A model generated the notes under the pieces. The model saw nothing but the letters and a program-made list of their open reading frames with translations, did no database searches and was not told where the DNA came from. A stretch of 64,000 bases of DNA. It comes from a bacterium (lineage in GTDB: Bacteria; SZUA-182; DTGQ01). Shown piece by piece: positions 60,034 through 64,000 of this stretch (position 1 is its first letter; every line of letters starts with the position of its first letter). The position numbers were made by a program, and so were the translations under genes. The stretch covers positions 1 through 64,000 of the forward strand of contig JBFMGO010000003.1 of the NCBI GenBank assembly GCA_040752695.1, written 5' to 3'.

Positions 60034-60346
60034 GTGGAGCCGGTCATTGGCATCATCAAGGAAGTGTTAGGCTTCCGGCAGTTTTCCCTGCGAGGCCTGG
60101 TGGCAGTCTCAGGTGAGTGGTGCCTGGTATGTTTAGCCTATAACCTCAAGCGGTTGCATGTGCTGATCTATAAAACTACGGCTTGTTGCTATGCACTTCT
60201 AAGCGGGAAAAGGGTGGTTTATTTTGCTCCAAAATCGCCTTTGCTTATAAAAGTTGCATCACTGATACCAGTATCACTATGGGCAAAAATCACGTATTGG
60301 GTCTGCGCAGAGATGAATATCATTCCCTCTCCGACAGCCTCCTAGG
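60034..60346 (+). mobile_element. IS1182-family transposase 3' fragment and probable right end
   Basis: VEPVIGIIKEVLGFRQFSLRGL..V.GEW.LVCLAYNLKRL; ends ccgacagcctcctag. Confidence 0.75.
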
Positions 60347-60370
60347 AGAAGATAATGGTAAATAGCATAC

Positions 60371-61333
60371 TTAACGGGGCACCTCTATGCTCTGGATGAT
60401 TCGCGTAAGAATGTCCTCAACGGATACGCCTTCCATCTCCACCTCAGGCCCGAGCACCAGCCTGTGGCGGAGAACCGGATACAGCATGGACTGAATGTCA
60501 TCCGGAGTGACAAAGGTGCGATCCGACAGGAGGGCCTTTCCCTTGGCTGCCAAAAGCAGGGCGATTGAAGCCCGGGGCCCTGCGCCGAAAAGGAATTCTG
60601 CATGATTTCGCGTGGCCCTCACCAGGTCCCTGATATAATGGATCAGGGAATATTCAATCGTGATCCGGTTCAGGGCATCTTTCGCCAGCTCGAAGTCTTC
60701 CAGCCTGAGCCTTGGTCTGATCAGGTTCTCCACCTGCTCGGGGCGAAAGCCCTGGTGATATTTCACGAGTATGGCAGATTCGGATTCCGGATCGGGATAA
60801 TCGATTTTGACTTTGAAAAAAAACCGGTCCAATTGTGCTTCAGGAAGCGGGTAGGTACCCTCGAATTCAATCGGGTTCTGGGTGGCGAAAACCGTAAAGA
60901 AAGGCGAGAGCGGATAGGTGGTTCCATCGATAGAAACCTTTTTTTCTTCCATAGCTTCCAAAAGCGCGGCCTGGGTTTTGGCAGGAGCCCGGTTGATTTC
61001 ATCGGCCAGGAGAAAGTCGGTAAAAATCGGCCCCCGTGAAAAATAAAACTGATTGGATCTCAGGTCAAAAATATTATTACCAGTAATATCCGAAGGCATA
61101 AGATCAGGAGTAAACTGAATGCGTTTGAAACTGCCCTGAATGATTCTGGCCAGGATTCTGACCATCAGGGTCTTGGCTGTACCGGGTACCCCTTCAAGCA
61201 GCATGTTCCCCCGGCAAAGAAGGCAGATGAGTATCTGATCCAGTATTTCTCTTTGCCCGATGATAACCTTGGACATCTCCCCCTCAATGGCCTGTTTAAG
61301 ACTGGCCATGTGACTGACGATGTGCTCTTCCAT
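60371..61333 (-). CDS. MoxR-family AAA+ ATPase
   Basis: EGVPGTAKT, RIQFTPDLMPSD, LADEINR, ATQNPIE.EGTYPLPEAQLDRF. Confidence 0.96.
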   Translation of the reverse strand: MEEHIVSHMASLKQAIEGEMSKVIIGQREILDQILICLLCRGNMLLEGVPGTAKTLMVRILARIIQGSFKRIQFTPDLMPSDITGNNIFDLRSNQFYFSRGPIFTDFLLADEINRAPAKTQAALLEAMEEKKVSIDGTTYPLSPFFTVFATQNPIEFEGTYPLPEAQLDRFFFKVKIDYPDPESESAILVKYHQGFRPEQVENLIRPRLRLEDFELAKDALNRITIEYSLIHYIRDLVRATRNHAEFLFGAGPRASIALLLAAKGKALLSDRTFVTPDDIQSMLYPVLRHRLVLGPEVEMEGVSVEDILTRIIQSIEVPR

Positions 61334-62549
61334 AGACTTCCTTTCTGTAGGTGACTAATTTTTGGGTAAATCGGACCGCCTCGGCAGCCTGAATTTTTCT
61401 CCCCCTTCCCTCTTTTTCTTCTTTGCAGGTGGTCAATTTCGTTTTTTCTCTCTCCAGTTCAAGATCCCTGAAAGCTTCCGGTTCGCCCTGTCTGCCGGCT
61501 CTGGCGGAAGAATCAGGCATCAGGTTGTCATAGAGCCATTGGATGGTTTCCGGAACCAGCCCTACCCTCTGGTAAACTCTGGCCATGGCCTTAATCGAAT
61601 CGGAAGAAGGCCGCAGGCGGGGAGCCGTAATCGTGTTTATCTCTCCCCAGGACTTACGATGGAGATAGATCCAGCTTAAGACGATGAGGAGAAGCTGGCA
61701 GAGAAAAAACTGAAACGACCTTTTCCACAGATATCCGGGAATGGACAGATCGTGAGAAAATCCATGGTGATACTCGTCAAAGTAAAGATTTTCCGAGCCA
61801 TACCTGTTCAGAAGCCGGGAGAGAAAGATCAGGTTGTCACCCTTTGTCAGATTCTGATTCCCAAAGAACTGCGGATCTCCAAGAACGATCAGATTGCCCT
61901 GGCCGTAGCGGACCATGACCATAAGCGGCCCTTTGCGGTCTTCGAACAGCGAGAGAAAATTTCTTCCCTTTTTAGTGGGTGTACTATTCCCTGTACCTCT
62001 TTTTTGCCGAAAGTGCATACTGGCTGGCCCAAAATCGAGGGACAGTCCGCCTGTAAGCTGGTTGAGCCTGCCAGGTACCTGGTAAGCACCTCCTCCCGGC
62101 CTTGAGAAGGGCTCCAATTCAGGATAAAGCAAGGGGTCAGGGTACGAATTGGGATCATCACGGGACCTGTTCCTTACGAAAGAGAGGGAAAAGACGTTCA
62201 TGAGGGGGTGCTCGGAATCTGTGGCCAAAACATAGGTACCGCCCTGATGAATCCAGGCCAGGGTGTTCAGCTTCTCTTTTTGCGAAAATCCATGCGGATT
62301 GAGGGAAAAGCAAAGACCCGGATTCAGGGTCTGATCGACCGGCTGGGTAATTCTTTCGGGCGCATATCCGGTTTCCTGGCTGAAGAGGAAAAGCGCTTTA
62401 CTCCCCTTTGGATCGCTGCGAAACGTAGAACAGGGAGAGGAAAACTGGCTCCTTGAGACAAGGTCAGGAAAGAAAAGAATGACCAGAATCGCAGGCATAA
62501 GGAGAAGAAAAAAAAACCCCCAGAATAATCCATACCTTGGCTCAGACAT
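61296..62549 (-). CDS. DUF4350-like membrane protein
   Basis: N-terminal TM, ST....P.G..AL, YG.G..I.LGDP..F.N..L...DN, FDEYHHG, second TM; MoxR operon context. Confidence 0.8.
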   Translation of the reverse strand: MSEPRYGLFWGFFFLLLMPAILVILFFPDLVSRSQFSSPCSTFRSDPKGSKALFLFSQETGYAPERITQPVDQTLNPGLCFSLNPHGFSQKEKLNTLAWIHQGGTYVLATDSEHPLMNVFSLSFVRNRSRDDPNSYPDPLLYPELEPFSRPGGGAYQVPGRLNQLTGGLSLDFGPASMHFRQKRGTGNSTPTKKGRNFLSLFEDRKGPLMVMVRYGQGNLIVLGDPQFFGNQNLTKGDNLIFLSRLLNRYGSENLYFDEYHHGFSHDLSIPGYLWKRSFQFFLCQLLLIVLSWIYLHRKSWGEINTITAPRLRPSSDSIKAMARVYQRVGLVPETIQWLYDNLMPDSSARAGRQGEPEAFRDLELEREKTKLTTCKEEKEGRGRKIQAAEAVRFTQKLVTYRKEVYGRAHRQSHGQS

Positions 62550-63582
62550 TCAAGACTCCTCTGACCGCTTGCCGGTACCTTTGATAGTCAGCCTGAGGCA
62601 GAGGATGACGGCCATACCAGACCAGATCGAAACTGTGAGTCAACTCCCGAAAGAGGACTTTGGCCTTTTGCTCTCCCCGAAACTGAATCAAATAGTTCCA
62701 GTTGGTCCGACAGCGATGAAAATCGATATAGTTAAGGCGATGGAAACCCACCAGGAGGGCCAGATAGAGACTGCGGAATGCCTCTCGGGTTTTTCCCTGC
62801 GACATGAAAAGGTCCGCCTGCCCGGCCCAGTATCCGGGCGATTCTCTCAGGGAGTCGGGCAGATTGAGAGCCGCATGCTGAGGAGGCAGTACCTCGCCTT
62901 CTTCCTGGTTGCAGATGAGGGACTGGCCGAACTTGGCCAGAATAATCAGCATGGCAATGGCCAGAGCAGCCATCAGTGCATAGACACTCCACGGGTTGGA
63001 AACCCAGGACAACAGCCCTGGACGGACCGTCGATGTTCTGAACCAGTTCCCCATGGTGTTAAAGATCTTCGCTGTAAACCTGACCATCTTTTTGAACAAC
63101 CAGAAAACCCAGTTCAGGAATCGGACTGGCCACTGCACCGGGTCTTTCTTGATCTGATTATACTGAAATTCCGGCCTGGACAAAATGGTCTGCAAAACCT
63201 GACGTTCCTTTTTTCCTTCTTCGGCATAGAGGGAAGGAGCGGAGTCTCTTTCAAGAATCAACGGGATTTTTGGCTGAATCCGAAGGCGGTCGGATCTTTT
63301 GAGCTGATCCTCCCGGCTGAGAGAGCAAAGATTTTGCCACTCCAGTGTCGGGGAGTGAAACCAAAAAGATATAAAGGCACAGCGGGAATTATGCTGCATG
63401 GTCAAGGGATTTTTCTGCATCTTGGTACCCGTTTGGAATGATGAAATGAGAAATAGTAATGAAACCATACAGATACAGATACACAGAGGGAATGAAACCC
63501 TCGTTCTCTCCGTGCCTTGCGTGCTTCTCTTTAAGGTCTTTTTCTTCTCCCTCAGGCTGCTCGTCCGGCTCAATGGATTCAT
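62542..63582 (-). CDS. DUF4129-like membrane protein
   Basis: IL.RPEF, TM, G..REA.R.LY.A.L, RTN..Y, F..LT..FD.VWYG. Confidence 0.8.
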   Translation of the reverse strand: MNPLSRTSSLREKKKTLKRSTQGTERTRVSFPLCICICMVSLLFLISSFQTGTKMQKNPLTMQHNSRCAFISFWFHSPTLEWQNLCSLSREDQLKRSDRLRIQPKIPLILERDSAPSLYAEEGKKERQVLQTILSRPEFQYNQIKKDPVQWPVRFLNWVFWLFKKMVRFTAKIFNTMGNWFRTSTVRPGLLSWVSNPWSVYALMAALAIAMLIILAKFGQSLICNQEEGEVLPPQHAALNLPDSLRESPGYWAGQADLFMSQGKTREAFRSLYLALLVGFHRLNYIDFHRCRTNWNYLIQFRGEQKAKVLFRELTHSFDLVWYGRHPLPQADYQRYRQAVRGVLNV

Positions 63583-64000
63583 TGGTCACACCTTTTTTTT
63601 ATCAGGCGGTCTGCCATCTGCCGAAGGTCATAGCCCTCTTTGCGTACTTTACAGTCGTGGTACAACAGCCAGCCGGAAGCAGCCCGCAAAGGCTCGGTGA
63701 GCAGAAAACTGACGCCCAGGACAAGATAAAGATAGGTCTGGTTGGAAAAGCTGAAAAAATTCTGCCAATAACTGATATTCACATCAAACACCGAATGGAG
63801 CATACTGAGTATAAAGTACAGGCCAATCAGAATATTAGCGGCTATCATTCCCCAGAGCACGAAGATGATAAGATGAATGCCGAGGCAGCGCCGGAAAAAC
63901 CCCGGCATGCGGCTTCGAACGGCCTTCAGTGCATGCAGGGGAGGCAGCCCCTCCAGAGTAACCAGGGAAAGAGCAGGAGAAAATCCTCCTCCCAGCACAA
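63579..64000 (-). CDS. multi-TM membrane protein of the MoxR operon (3' part only)
   Basis: Hydrophobic segments and the LLY.D..VRKEGYDL C-terminal motif typical of this operon. Confidence 0.75.
   Translation of the reverse strand, partial: VLGGGFSPALSLVTLEGLPPLHALKAVRSRMPGFFRRCLGIHLIIFVLWGMIAANILIGLYFILSMLHSVFDVNISYWQNFFSFSNQTYLYLVLGVSFLLTEPLRAASGWLLYHDCKVRKEGYDLRQMADRLIKKRCDQ

Larger units (their letters stand above)
58665..60375. mobile_element. decayed integrative element remnant bounded by a 12-bp direct repeat
   Basis: agcatacttaac at 58665-58676 and 60364-60375; contains integrase, helicase and IS fragments; repeated tttatcagggact / aagtccctggtaaa motifs at 58720-58761. Confidence 0.8.

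Noticed and set aside
62479..63441. Long plus-strand ORF (320 aa), and similar antisense ORFs over cooS, the PASTA gene and the K+ channel
   Set aside because: Antisense to well-supported genes, with no recognisable motifs.

Overview
A 64 kb chromosomal window of moderate GC from an apparently anaerobic bacterium; its protein families resemble those of Desulfobacterota-like or uncultured lineages, but taxonomy cannot be fixed from this window. It contains housekeeping genes (rlmN, a SurA-like PPIase, an S4 protein, rsmB, a PASTA protein, rpe, a cold-shock protein), sigma-54 and hybrid two-component genes, many secreted or surface proteins (Gly-Tyr-Thr repeat protein, S8 protease, 7-haem cytochrome, serpin lipoprotein, di-haem protein, M10 protease), a small glycan-modification cluster, a VapBC module and a MoxR/DUF58/RDD/SpoIIM operon. 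Main highlights: (1) a compact cluster of group-4-type [NiFe] hydrogenase small subunit-ferredoxin fusion, large subunit, cooF and cooS with no membrane arm in the window, a candidate soluble CO-to-H2 module; (2) an AhpD/CMD-family selenoprotein (CxxU plus SECIS-like hairpin) missed by the ORF track; (3) a decayed integrative element at the moxR-DUF58 junction with a 12-bp direct repeat, a replacement Shine-Dalgarno and a nested TA-flanked MITE; (4) an intact-ORF AsnB homologue with several catalytic motifs altered; (5) long hairpin leaders headed by a Shine-Dalgarno sequence; (6) pervasive short tandem duplications. No rRNA, tRNA or CRISPR array was seen. All family assignments come from motif recognition by eye, not database searches.
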